The notes: a model not told the origin generated them from the sequence alone. 64,000 nt of DNA from Octopus sinensis (GCF_006345805.1 NC_042998.1:55800001-55864000), one strand, 5' to 3'. Shown: positions 36,297 through 49,179, counted from the first letter of the stretch. Made by a program: numbers and translations.

Positions 36297-37408
36297 ACTT
36301 CTCAGAATTGCGGTTGTCTAGAATTCGTCCACCACTTGCGTTTTAATGCAAACTTCCTCCGGGTACAGCTCAAAACGAACGTCAACAGAATCAGCCACTC
36401 TTGTCTGGGAGAACCTACACACACTATCGGATTATTTTTTCTCTGTTTTAGGTTTCCTACTAAATGATGACTTCAAATACTGGCACAAAACCACTCACTC
36501 TTGGAGTGAGAAAAGTCGACTATATCGATCGGTGTAATTGACGCATACTTATTTTGTCGAATCTGAAAGAATAAAGGTGACTCGAGTGAGATTTGAACCC
36601 AGAACGTAAAAATCCCGCAGCTAAATACTGCATGGCATATTATCTAATGCTAACGTGTATTCTCAATCCGCAGCCTTGCTTCCACTAAATAATAAAAATT
36701 ATCTTAGAAGGGTGCTTAAAAACATGCATTTCAAGAATTGAATATATTTCCTCTCCTAAATCATTTTCTTCTAAATTCAATTAAATTATTTCTGATATGA
36801 AACATATCTTTATAAAAATAATAGCTTTAGAAGATGATCCTTAGGCAAAATATAATTTTTCAGGAATTTTTTCTTAAAAAAAAATAATAAATAAAACGAA
36901 AAATGAGACTTGAAATTTGGAATATATATTAGAAGACACTCCTCTTTCGATAATATAAGCACTTCAAGGATATTTTTCTCACGATTTTGTAATGCTTCTA
37001 AATAAGGAGATATTGGTCCTTATCTCCTACATCTCCATTTTATAATGGAAGCCATTATAATAAAAGATAATAATAATAATAATCAGTGTGATTTCACACA
37101 ATAAGCTAGCAATTACCATGTTTTCCTATCGCTATTCTATTTTGTTTTCCTATTTTGATAGATAATTTAATTCAGGTTTCTTGATAAATTCCTGCGTTAT
37201 TTTACAGATTGTACATGTACATTGATATGAATATATTCCTTGTTTAAGTGAAAATTTTATGTTTAGTTATATAAACATTATCAATATGTTACATTTGAAT
37301 GACATTTATCTGTGTGTGTGCGTGCGTGTGTATGTATGTATGTATGTATGTATTTATGTATATGTGTATGTATGTATGTATGTATGTATGTATGTATGTA
37401 TGTATGTA

Positions 37409-37479
<71 letters not shown>

Positions 37480-38688
37480 ATGGGTGTTCTGATATGTGTT
37501 GAATTTTCCAACAAAATCTTACGGGCAGTAGCAAAAACGCGAATTCTGGACTACAGTTTTCACGTATGCATTCAGACGACAAGAGCATGTTGAAGTATTG
37601 TTATTATAGTTATAACTCACCGTCTTTTCTATACACATAGCTAAACAATAAGTTCTAGTGTGTAGAATCCCAGTCACATTAGCAAGATATTCAGCAGTAT
37701 TATGTTACATAAATAAGTATAAAATCTTTGCACCCCATTAAGCAGTCGATAATATTTTTAGTAATGATATCTCAACAGATTAAAAATTCATTATGTGACT
37801 GCTGGTGCCTGAATTCTCAAAACCGTACAAAACATAAAAGGCTGAACTTTCAATGTTCCAGTACCATCGTTAACAACATTTTCTTGTATTTAGTGGTGTT
37901 TTGGGGCTTTAGGTTTTGTTTTGTTTTGTTTGTGTGTGCGTGTGTGCCTGTGCGTATGTGTGTGTGTGTGTGTCTGTGTGTGTCTGTTTCTTTTTTCTTT
38001 TCTTTTTTTTTTGCATGAAATAGCTGTCGCAGAAAATAGGCGCCTCTTATCCCGTTATAATGATTTTAGGGCTGCTTATGTCTGCTTAAGGTGGCTTGAA
38101 AAATTAACATATTTTCAGAATTCTAAGTAATTTGCTGGGTCAAATGATCTGGAAAGATGTTAATAGGTTCATTATATGAACTTATTAAAAAAACACAGGT
38201 ATATTTTTGAGTTAAATAATTTTCTTTCTTTTTAAATACTGGAAGCAATTTGATACAGATGAAAGTTTTCAAAGAAAAATTAAATATCTCACTAACCGTT
38301 CCAAATTCTGTTTATTTTGTTATTATCAAAGGAAATTCATTTTACATGTTTAGTTATTTGGTTGAGATAATTTAAAGTCGAACCCATATATTTTTAGTTT
38401 AAATAATAAAAAAAAATTGTTACACTAAATTATCTGTATGCAAATATTTGTTGTGGCCTGCTTCTGAAAAGCAGAAAAATAATTTACTTACTTTTTATGT
38501 GTTTATTCATTTGGCATTTTGAATCACATAGTCGACTTGACATAGTCAAAATTATTCTACAGAAATTAATATTTCAGTTTGTGATAAATATAGGGAGAAA
38601 GTACAATGCATTAATATTTGACTTCTCGAAATAACAATATTTTAATTAATTGTTATGCCCTGGAAAGAGGTACATATACACATTTAGA

Positions 38689-39325
38689 CAGGGTGCGATG
38701 GGTAAATTATCACCATTTTATATTTTTTATTTCGTGCATGCGCACTGTTTGTTTTTGATTTTGCCGACTACACGGTATAGTAGGGTCAGTTGGGCAACGT
38801 CTATAAGAAAAACAGCACCATGACGCAATTCACTCTGCCAGAAGTTTGAAAACGACGTGCTGTACTGCTTGGCATTCGCTCCAGAAACTCCATCCGAATA
38901 TTTCAGAGTGTTTGGGTGTCAATCTGAGGACAGTGCAGAGGATTCGGAAAGAGTTGGAAGAGTTTAATGGTGATTACGAAGGTACGGCAGCTCGGAAAAC
39001 TCACTCTGATCGTCTTGATAAGAAAAGAACTCCTGATTTGTCAATCAGGCCATGATTGACAACGATCCCTCCAAGTCAATCAGGTCCATCGTCAGGGACA
39101 TGGAAGTGTCTGAGTTTCTTATCAGACAGGTAATGCATGAAGATATTCGGTATTCCTTATGCAAGGTAAGAAAGTGCCAATTTTTAACCCAAGCCATCAA
39201 GGACAAGAGGAAATACCGCGCTACGAAACTTTTAAACAAATTCAAGCATCCCCTCCAACTGAACATGCTTTGGTTTTTCTCAGAGAAAATTTTCTGCCAG
39301 GATCAATTGTGAACGCACAGAGCAA
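38689..39325 (+). mobile_element. Tc1/mariner (maT/DD37D-like) transposon 5' half
   Basis: Starts CAGGGTGCGATGGG; ATG at 38820 then IRKELEEFNGDYEGTAARK, MIDNDPSKSIRSI...HEDIRY, LWFFSEK (first catalytic D region damaged); truncated next to SINE-A 39336-39482. Confidence 0.82.
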
Positions 39326-40334
39326 CTTTTAAAATGAAGGTAGCGAGTTGGCAGATACATTAGCATGCCGGACAAAATGCTTAGCAGCATTTCATCTGCC
39401 TTTAAGCCCTGAGCTCTAATTCCACCGAAGCTGACTTTGCCTTTCATCTTTTGGGGTCGATAAAATAAGTATCAGTCAAGTACTTTATTAGTTTTCATCC
39501 ACAATTGCATTTTTGTTTATTGTTTCACTTACAAACTGTATCTGTAAAGTTCATGCTAGCTGCTTAGATTTTTACTAATACTACTTAAGTATACCCATGG
39601 CTATTGGTATAAAAGTGAATTCACAATCTGAATAGCGAAGCTGCAAGTTTTGAAACAGTTGTTCGTAGATATTCTTCTTCTGGTTTATTTTGGGAGAGGT
39701 GTTTATATCTGCTGGTAGCCATCGTTATATATGACTTTCTTTTTTGTCCCAAATAACTAAGTCTGGTCTCTTTTTATTTGATGTCAATGTTAACCAATAT
39801 TCCCTGTGTTGATATGTACATGTATAATCCATAGCAGAGATGCATATATTTATTCCAGAGCAATCTTTTCTGCAGATAGCATTCTGTATTATTTAAGCAA
39901 CAACATAATGTCACGATGAAAGGTGATACATCCAGCACATTTTTGTCCTGTAAGGACATGTGTAATGTGCTTTACAGAAGAGTGACATAATCGTTATTTG
40001 CCGTTGCATCATGGGATTTTAAGCACTTCGAAATATGACTTGATTTAGAGGTTACGAGTGCAAGAGAGGCTACAATTCGTGTTAATATTGTCTTTTTCTA
40101 GGTTTACAGGAAACATAACGCATATGCATGTATATATGTGCGACAAACAGACAGAGAGACAGAAAGGCCGAGAGACAAACAGACAGATAGATAGGCACAC
40201 ATACATATGTATGTATGTATATATATATATACATACATATGTAAGTGTGTCTGTCTATCTATATATGTGTGAGTGTGTGTGTTTATATATATACAAACAT
40301 CCAGATAGACTATATATATATATATATATATATA

Positions 40335-41045
40335 GTCTATCTGGATGTTTTCTTGTCCCATTTTTGTATCACCTAACTGTCCGTATGTTTTGCGTTCTTG
40401 TCCCATTTTGTATTTATATATATATGTCTCTCTATCTGTCTCTCTCTCTCTCTCTCCTACTCGTCCTCACTTTCGTCACTGGTAAACCTTTCCGCCTGTT
40501 GCATTCAGGTCCTAAGGTCATGTTTCCCAGCGCTCGCCAGTTACCTTCTCGTCCCCGCCAGAACAAAGGACTTCGTTCGTCTTTTTCGTTTGTTCTCTTG
40601 TTTATTTTTGATTTCTCGTATTGTAATTTAATTTTCTCGTTATGTATTTTCTTGTACATGTATCTTTAATTTTGTATTATTTTTTTCTTGTATGTATTTT
40701 TTGTGCAGTTCTTTGTTACGTCCCTTTTTGTGTTACATTTTTTGTTGCTCGTTTTACCCCTCTACGAGGTTATTCTATTTTAATTCTCTCGTAGGAAGGC
40801 CTAGCATGACCATCCGTGTTCTGTCTCTGCCTTCGAAACACGTGTCTGCTAGCGACAGCTGATGAAGGGGATTTTTCCTTGTGCAGCATGTCCTGTACTT
40901 CGTTTTCTGCTGCACATAATTGTTTTTCCCGTTTTCGTTTTCGTTTCGTCTTGTTCCACGTCTCTGTCCTTCTGTTGTAACAAAATGGCTTTTCCGTTTT
41001 CGTTCTGTTGATTTTTACGTCTTCTTGTGATGTCCTGTACGTTAT
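40335..41045 (+). mobile_element. T-rich Penelope-like relic flanked by (TA)n
   Basis: Composition and flanks; contains GAAAC-ACGT-GTC and CTGATGA in permuted order (see rejected list). Confidence 0.35.
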
Positions 41046-41860
41046 ATATATTTATATATGCATGTATATATACATGTAGATGTCGGTACGTACATATATG
41101 TTTGTATGTATGCATATATTTTATTTATTACACTATATATATATATATGCATGCATGTATGTACTACGCATGTACGAATGTATGTATGAGAAAATTATAT
41201 TTCTAAATCTTTACAGATGGAAATGAAATATACGTTGTTTATTTTAAATATACTAATCTTTATTAAGTGAAGAGTAAAAAACAACCAAAACAAAAGGTGC
41301 AATTCATGCCATAAATGTTGTTGTTCTTTTTGCTGTTGTACTTGCATGCTTTTATTTCTTTTTTCTATGCTTGGAATAATTATAGCAGGTTGGCGTAAAA
41401 TTAAGAGCTGATTATATTTTCATTTAACAGATTTGCATATTGCTTTAAAATAGTGCGCTTAAATATGATTAGAAAAATAAATAGATAAAAATTGCTAAAA
41501 ATTTCGATTATAGTGCTCATTGATTAAATGTAATTAAGATCTGGCTCTAATTAAGTTTTAAAAGTGATTTTTTTTTTATTTCAAAGAAGCTTTAAATTCG
41601 GAAGTTTTAAACTGATATCATGTAGCTGTGCTATCCAGGTCAAACCTAATGCAGCGTAATCTAATTGATAATTAAATTAAATACTTATAAACATGTACAA
41701 TGTTGTGAAAACTACATACGTACACAAGTGTATTTGTATATTGATTTCGTTTTGAAAAAGGGCTTACGACGAGACAGCACATCAGATAAATAGCACAAAA
41801 CATATATACGTTGATACATATATGTGTTTGTGTGTGTGTGTGTGTGTATGTGTGTGTGAA

Positions 41861-42170
41861 GGCGCAATGGCCCAGTGGTTAGGGCAGCGGACTCGCGGTC
41901 GTAGGATCGCGGTTTCGATTCCCAGACCGGACGTTGTGAGTGTTTATTGAGCGAAAACACCTAAAAAGCTCCACGAGGCTCCGGCAGTGGGGGGTGGCGA
42001 TCCCTGCTGTACACTTTCGCCACAACCTTCTCTCACTCTTTCTTCTGTTGGCCTGCTCGCTTAGCCAGCGGGTGGCGTCATTTGAAGGTTAAAACAATGC
42101 GAAGCACATTGTGACCAGCGATGTGTAGCAACATCTGATAGCCTGGTCAGTCACGGTGATCACGGTGATA
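41861..42170 (+). mobile_element. Full-length tRNA-derived SINE-C
   Basis: A box TGGCCCAGTGG (41868), B box GGTTTCGATTCC (41911), tail ...gtcacggtgatcacggtgata; second copy at 27315. Confidence 0.9.
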
Positions 42171-42249
42171 TATCACGGGACGGTCATTTTTTGTGCCAAA
42201 TAAACACACGCACTGTATATTTTTTCTTCACTCGTTTATAAAATATTAT

Positions 42250-42291
<42 letters not shown>

Positions 42292-42292
<1 letters not shown>

Positions 42293-42766
42293 CAAGAAAA
42301 AAGCAACAAAAATGGATCGATATTTCGGTACAATTGTTTCGTACGAAGACCACTTTTATTAAGGCTGCAAATATTGCAGCAAATACAAGTGACCCGTACT
42401 CATCAGCCGAAAAAAAACATCTGAGTTCTCAAAACATCTAAGGGGGTGAGGCTACACTCCTGAAACATCAGGGATAGTTCTATAAAAATCAGATTTAGAT
42501 AATAAACGGACTTCCAAAGTTCTTTAATGTTGCACAGTCAAATAACAGGCTTTAAAAAAGTATTTTAAAAAACCTCTTGGTTTCACAGAAAATGAAAATG
42601 TAAATCCATCCATAATGAAGTAGGTTTGAAATCTGGAGATATGAGGACAGATTTCATACTCACAGACGATGTATTTATCCATAATTAGTCCATAATAAAG
42701 TGGGTTTCCTAATGTACGAAACAATTGTACCGAAATATTGATCCATTTTTGTTGCTTTTTTCTTGT
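42292..42766 (-). mobile_element. Hammerhead-bearing element (family H2) with 53-bp inverted terminal duplication
   Basis: 42292-42344 is the reverse complement of 42714-42766 (1 mismatch); 42300-42560 is homologous to 53760-54030. Confidence 0.85.
42323..42412 (-). ncRNA. Type I hammerhead with fully canonical core and extended stem II (family H2)
   Basis: TTTCGG-CTGATGA-GTAC...(59-nt rod capped by GCTGCAA tat TTGCAGC)...GTAC-GAAAC-AATT-GT-A-CCGAAA. Confidence 0.9.
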
Positions 42767-42891
42767 TTATAATCACCCCGCATTATCTTATAGTTAATAC
42801 CATATAGATTTCTGGTGCATCTAAGTTAAGTACCGCATTCATGTGAATTCAACAGAACTCACTTGAATCTTAATTGCTTTTACTATATATA

Positions 42892-42952
<61 letters not shown>

Positions 42953-42979
42953 ATATATTATATATATATATATATATAT

Positions 42980-43151
42980 GTAGGTCCCGGGTTGATTCGG
43001 GGTTAACCACAGTAAATAAGGTACTCAATACATAGCAGAGTAAAATTAATTTATTATATAGAAGGAGCTTCTACAGGACTAGAACTGTTTCATTCAAGAG
43101 AAATCTTCGAAACAGTTCTAGTCCTGTAGAAGCTCCTTCTATATAATAAAT
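42980..43151. mobile_element. Pseudo-LTR-like fragment with perfect 43-bp inverted arms meeting at a half-hammerhead
   Basis: Arms 43049-43091 and 43109-43151; loop contains AAGA-GAAA-TCTT-C directly before GAAAC; abuts (TA)n. Confidence 0.65.
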
Positions 43152-43154
43152 ATA

Positions 43155-44879
43155 TACTCTTTTACTTGTTTCAGTCATTTGAAAGCTACTTACCACACAG
43201 CCACATATACAAGAGTTTTTCAGTTTCCATCTACGAAATAAAATCACAGTTTATAGTAGAAGACTATAGTAGAAGACACTTGGCCAAAGTGTCACACAAT
43301 GGGGGACTGAAGCCGGAAACATGTGGTTGGCAAACAAGCTTCGAACCACACAACCACGCCCGTTCGTTTTAATAATTTTTTTCTTTTCTGTGGATGAATG
43401 TAATGTATATATTTCTACACTTGGATTTCCAGTATGAAGGTCCCACCACACATATTCACAGCTTTCTTCCCCTTCACACACGCGCACACACAGGCACACA
43501 ATGAGAGAGAGCGACATTACTCCCTATTACGTAAACTTCATTCTTCCAGCCATGTCACCTACATACACCTTCCCTATATCAATGAAATAGCTAACATCTT
43601 TAACCAGTCTACCACTTTACTATGCATCATATAATAACCTAAACCGACTTTCAAGCAAAACATACTTAATCCCAAAAGTTTCTATACAGCCACACCTTAA
43701 ATTCCATCAACCATAAGGGAGTTTTCTTTTTCTTTTTCCCATTTTCTTTTATATTAATAGCCAAATTTCATTCTTAGAGAACTACGGGCAAAAGGAAAAA
43801 CAAATCAACTGGCAAAACCGTTAGCACGCTGGGCGAAATGGTTAGCGGCTTTTCGCCCGTCTTTACGTTCTGAATTCAAATTCCGTCGTGGTCGACTTTG
43901 CTTTTCATGCTTTAGGGGTCGAAAAAATAAGTATCAGTCGAACACTGGGGTCTATGTAATCGACTAGTCCTCTCCCCAAAAATGTCAGGCCTTGTGCCTT
44001 TAGTAGAAAGCATTCTTATAAGGGTTTCAGTCGTAGGATGGTGGACATGCTGAGGTGTCACCTTAAGTTATTTTCTTTTAGTTTTGTTGTCGGTATATGA
44101 CTGGAAAGTTTCTAGCAACCCTCTTCACCAGGCAAGTCTAGTGCAGATGCTGCTTTAGTCGCTGACGACCCGACTATGGACAGGTTGTACTAGATTCCAC
44201 GTTACTAGAATCACCCATAGAGACCTCCCAAGTGACTCGACGTACGAGCAACAGAATACATAATACTTTGGAGCAAAGTATGGCTAAAAATTGGAATCTT
44301 GACGATATCTGAGACTATAAAAATCTGCAAGACCTTAAGATTTAAAGGATGATGGTTAAAACTCTTGACTCTTTTACTTTTACTTGTTTCAGTCATTTGA
44401 ATGTGACCATGCTGGGGCACCGCCTTTAGTGGAGCAAATCGACCCCAGGACTTATTTTTTGTAAGCCTAGTACTTATTTTATCGGTCTCTTTTTGCCGAA
44501 CCGCTAAGTTACGGGGACGTAAACACACCAGTATCGGTTGTCAAGCGATGTTGGTGGGGGGACAAAGACAGACACACAAACATACACACTCACACACATA
44601 TATACATATATACGACGGCCTTCTTTCAGTTTCCGTCTACCAAATCCACTCACAAGGCTTTGGTCGGCCCAAGGCTATAGTAGAAGGCACGCAGTGGGAC
44701 TGAACCCAGAACCGTGTGGTTGGTAAGCAAGCTACTTAACACACAGCCACTCCTGTGCCCGAGATACTTTCCTTCACAACCTAAGTGGCCGATCAAAATT
44801 AATTCTAAATTAAAAGAGAAAGAGAAAAACATACATACATACATACATACATACATAGATACATACATACATACATACA

Positions 44880-44911
<32 letters not shown>

Positions 44912-44921
44912 CACACACACA

Positions 44922-44955
<34 letters not shown>

Positions 44956-44985
44956 CATACATACATACATACATACATACATACA

Positions 44986-45017
<32 letters not shown>

Positions 45018-45262
45018 CACACACACATATATGTATGACGGGCTAGCAGTGACGTTAGCACGCCGGGCGAAGTGCATCGCGGTATTTCGCCCGTCGCTAC
45101 GTTCTGAGTTCAAATTCCGCCGAGGTCGACTTCGCCTTTCATCCTTTCGGGGTCGATAAATTAAGTACCAGTTACGCACTGGAGTCGTTGTAATCGACTT
45201 AATCCGTTTGTCTGTCCTTGTTTGTCCCCTCTATGTTTAGCCCCTTGTGGGTAATAAAGAAA
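43155..45262. mobile_element. SINE cluster: SINE-B 43155-43345 (-), SINE-A 43805-44010 (+), SINE-B 44370-44750 (-), SINE-A 45040-45262 (+)
   Basis: Each matches the family motifs described above; (TACA)n at 44830-45030. Confidence 0.8.
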
Positions 45263-45948
45263 CATGTACATGTAGAAATAAAGAGGGAGGGAGACATACA
45301 TACATACAGACAGACAGACAGACAGACAGACAGACGCATTAACTATCATATTTCCTTTCTCAGTCAAGGTGATTTGGACCCTTCTCTTTCGTTAACTATT
45401 TTTTAATGGGAGTTTCTGTTTTCATTTCCTCTCTCATGATATTCGTTGCCTCTTCCTCACCTCACGTCTTCCTCCTCCTTTTCATCCTCAGTTCACGCCA
45501 GTTACACTTCACCTTCTTGCACTTTTTCCCTCTATGCCGTCTGATCACTCTCTTTGGCAATATATCTCTTCTGCTAGCTCCCTCTATGCTTCTATTTATC
45601 CTTTTCTTTCTTCCTTTCTTACTCCCTTTCTCTTTTCCTCTTTGTCACACTATCCGCTTCTGTTGTTGAGTGAGTGGCTATATTTGTATTCTAACACATG
45701 TATTCACACACTGAAACCCGGTTTTGTAATGAATAATGATTAAGTTAATAATATATATTCAAAAAACATTCTAATTTGTATACTACAATACCGAATTTCA
45801 AGAAAACGGATGTACATTACTAATAATACTATAAATAAAAAGCTATAAAAATATCAAGTTATTTATTTATGCACGCATAATCATGTATACAGGCGCTTAA
45901 CATATAGAAATGTAAAGATGTGAATATATTTCCTTTCTAGGTCCATGT

Positions 45949-46093
45949 CAGGCATGGGCAACTGTTTTCGAGAAGTGGGCCGCATGAGATATGGTTCAGC
46001 ATCTGGTGGGCCGTACAACGAAGAAGATTCAAGATAATTTTCTTTAGACGTACTATTCAGAAAGATCTCAAGGCAGGAGTTTGCCTATGGCTG
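45949..46093. mobile_element. Small hAT-type MITE
   Basis: Imperfect TIRs CAGGCATGGGCAACT / AGTTTGCCTATGGCTG; 8-bp TSD not clearly preserved. Confidence 0.55.
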
Positions 46094-46131
46094 CCCAATA
46101 TGGTTAATCATAAGTTGTTTGTGTGTGGGAA

Positions 46132-46168
<37 letters not shown>

Positions 46169-46233
46169 CAGACAGACAGACACAGGCAGAGAGAGAGAGA
46201 GACAGATAGTGTGTGTGTGAGAGAGAGAGAGAG

Positions 46234-46269
<36 letters not shown>

Positions 46270-46533
46270 GTGTGTGTGTGTGTGTTGTCAATCTCTGTTT
46301 GTCTTTACGCCTGTTTCTTTTACTTCCACCGCTTGTCAACCGATGCTGGTGTTTTAGGTCCCCGTAACCTAGCGGTTCGGCAAAAGAGATGAGAGAATAA
46401 GTAGAAGGCTTTATAAAAAGATGTACTGGAGTCGATACATTCGACTATAAATTCTTTATGGTCATGCTCCAGTATGACCGCGGTCTAGTAACTGAAACAA
46501 GTAAATATATGTATGTATGTATGTATATATATA

Positions 46534-46590
<57 letters not shown>

Positions 46591-47050
46591 TATCTGGTGA
46601 CGTTGATGATCGTCTGGGGCTAAATGCATCAGTAACACCCCCACCGCCCTGCCCTGTCCCTAGCCACATTCAAATGGCTAATGTCCCTTTTGTTATGGAG
46701 CAGTTACTGTCTATATCTCGTTTAGAGAATTATTATTGCTGTCGAACAGATTTTCGAAATCAGTAAATGTATTTACGTGAAAATATATATATAAATATCC
46801 TGCACAGAGAGTCCTTCGTCGAGGAGCGGTGCCTACCATACGTTGACGAGAGGCAAACACCTTGAAACCTGGGTCCGTATGTGGCATCCGCTTCTTCGGG
46901 GAATGATCTCCCTTTGCAGGATAGAGGATACCGTGATGGTGTCAAGCCTATCTGGTGACGTTGATGATCGCCTGGGGCTAAATGCATCGGTAACACCCCC
47001 ACCGACCTGCCCTGTCCCTAGCCACATTCAAATGGCTAATGTCCCTTTTG

Positions 47051-47054
<4 letters not shown>
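46591..47054 (+). mobile_element. 1.3-mer of a 358-bp hammerhead-containing monomer (retrozyme-like), family H5
   Basis: 106-bp direct repeats at 46591-46696 and 46949-47054 (3 differences), (TA)n on both flanks. Confidence 0.9.
46837..46881 (+). ncRNA. Minimal type I hammerhead (family H5; U3 opposite G8)
   Basis: CATACG-TTGACGA-GAGG caaaca CCTT-GAAAC-CTGG-GT-C-CGTATG; perfect 6-bp stem I, GUC site at 46873-46875. Confidence 0.82.
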
Positions 47055-47092
<38 letters not shown>

Positions 47093-47095
<3 letters not shown>

Positions 47096-47505
47096 CACAA
47101 GAGTGGCTGTGTGGTAAGGAGGTATAGTTGCAGGTGTGGCTGTGTGATAAGTAGCTTACTTACCAACCACATGATTCCGGGTTCAATCCCACTGCATGGC
47201 ACCTTGGGCAAATGTCTTCTACTATAGTCTTCTTCTATAGCCTTCTACAATAGCCGACCAAAGCCTTGTGAGTGGATTTGATAAACAGAAACTGAAAGAA
47301 GCCCGTCATATGTGTGTGTACATGTTTGTGTGTCTGTGTTTGCCCACAACCATCGCTTGACAACCGATGTTGGTGTTCCCATAACTTAGCGGTTCGGCAA
47401 AAGGTATGATAGAATAAGTACTTGGCTTACAAAGAATAAGTCCTGGGGTTGATTTGTTCGACTAAAGGCAGTGCTCCAGCATGGCTGCAGTCAAATGACT
47501 AAAAT
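47093..47505 (+). mobile_element. Full-length SINE-B (partly duplicated head)
   Basis: ggcacaagagtggctgtgtggtaag head, B box gggttcaatccc, standard tail. Confidence 0.85.
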
Positions 47506-48132
47506 AAAAAAATAAAAAAATAAAAGAATATATATATATGTATTATTCAGAGGAGGATCAGGTGGCCCACTACTCGAGAGTTCCCGCTTTTTTCTAGTAA
47601 GTCAGACTGAGACTTACATATCCGACATACGACTTCATTGAGTCGGTCCGACATGTGTGAAGAAGTGGTTTGCATACTGTGTATACTTCTGAGTAGCAGG
47701 CCACTGGACCGACCTAAATAACTGCTGCACACTGTCCGTGTTTCACTCAAATGTTATAAATTCCATATGAATTTTTTGAGCTCCACTAGTGGTTGTACTT
47801 TTAATAGGAAATTGACCTTTCTCATTGAACAACAATATCTCTTTTCAACGTAAACATTCACATCCAGAATCTCCACAAACACATTCAAATTTGTGTGTGA
47901 GTGAGTGTATGTGTGTGTGAGCGAGTGTGCGCGCGCGCGTACACACACTTATATATTTATATAATTATTCACACGTATACATACGTGTGTGTACGTGAGT
48001 ATATATTTATTATACATACAAATACCTACATTACTGTGTTGTATTAAATACACTAAATTAGGATAATAATAATTGTTCTAATTTGCAAATTAAACTGCTT
48101 ATAGCCAGTCACTAATTTAGTATAAACATACA

Positions 48133-48181
<49 letters not shown>

Positions 48182-48278
48182 CAACAATTGAGGGTAAAAT
48201 TAATTAATTAATTAATCAATTTCACCAAGTATTCAGTATGCAAAGGGACCATTTAAGGCGAATTCAAATTATTACATT

Positions 48279-48634
48279 ATATAAAAGGGCTTAGTAAAAT
48301 AAATTACTTTGTCGCATACTGAACTCGTTAGAAATAGCAGCTAAAAAAAACTTTTTATAAAACTATTTCTAACACTTAAAGAAAACCTCTCTCATATAGT
48401 GTTTGCTCAATTCAACTCAAGGAAGTTGGGGGTAGAGACATTAAAAAATCAATAACCTTTGCATTTGATTTTTTAATGTCTCTACCCCCATACTTCCTTG
48501 AGTTGAATTGAGCAAACCTATATGAGAGAGGTTTTCTTAAGTGTTAGAAATAGCTTATAAAAAGTTTTTTTAGCTGCTATTTCTAACGAGTTCAGTATGC
48601 GGCAAAGTAATTTTTTTTACTAAGCCCTTTTTAT
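48279..48634. repeat. Foldback: ~172-bp inverted arms with 12-nt loop
   Basis: About 48279-48452 versus 48465-48634, roughly 7-8 small differences; loop TAACCTTTGCAT. Confidence 0.92.
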
Positions 48635-48676
48635 AATTATATATAATATATATATATATGTATGTATGTATGTATG

Positions 48677-48710
<34 letters not shown>

Positions 48711-49015
48711 TATTCATATGTATGTTTATAGATAAATGGATAGATAGACAGATAATTCAATTTACTTGCAGTAGCTGTTTCATTAGGAATAAACATAATT
48801 AATTCTATAATTATGCAATTAAGACACATAATCAATATCAATTTATTAAAATTAAAATTTAATTTAAAGCAATGTTTATCCAAAATTTTCGGGAACACAA
48901 CCGATTACAAAAGGTGCAATCCGTTGCTTGTTTAAATAGTAATGAGAGTGATAGAATCAGGTGTATGTGTGTGCAAGCGTGCGCACGTGTATGTGCATGT
49001 GTATGTGTGTATAAA

Positions 49016-49047
<32 letters not shown>

Positions 49048-49096
49048 ATACATACACACATGTATGCATATGAATATATATACATATACATCAAAC

Positions 49097-49157
<61 letters not shown>

Positions 49158-49179
49158 ACATTCATATATACATACATTC

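Noticed and set aside
40835-40870. GAAAC-ACGT-GTC ... CTGATGA-AGGGG as a type II hammerhead (palindromic ACACGTGT)
   Set aside because: The 12 nt between C17 and the core do not form stem I (T-G then G-A mismatch); worth revisiting with a family consensus.
41861-41935. tRNA-like sequence with A and B boxes
   Set aside because: It is the head of SINE-C; no acceptor-stem closure, and it continues into the SINE body.
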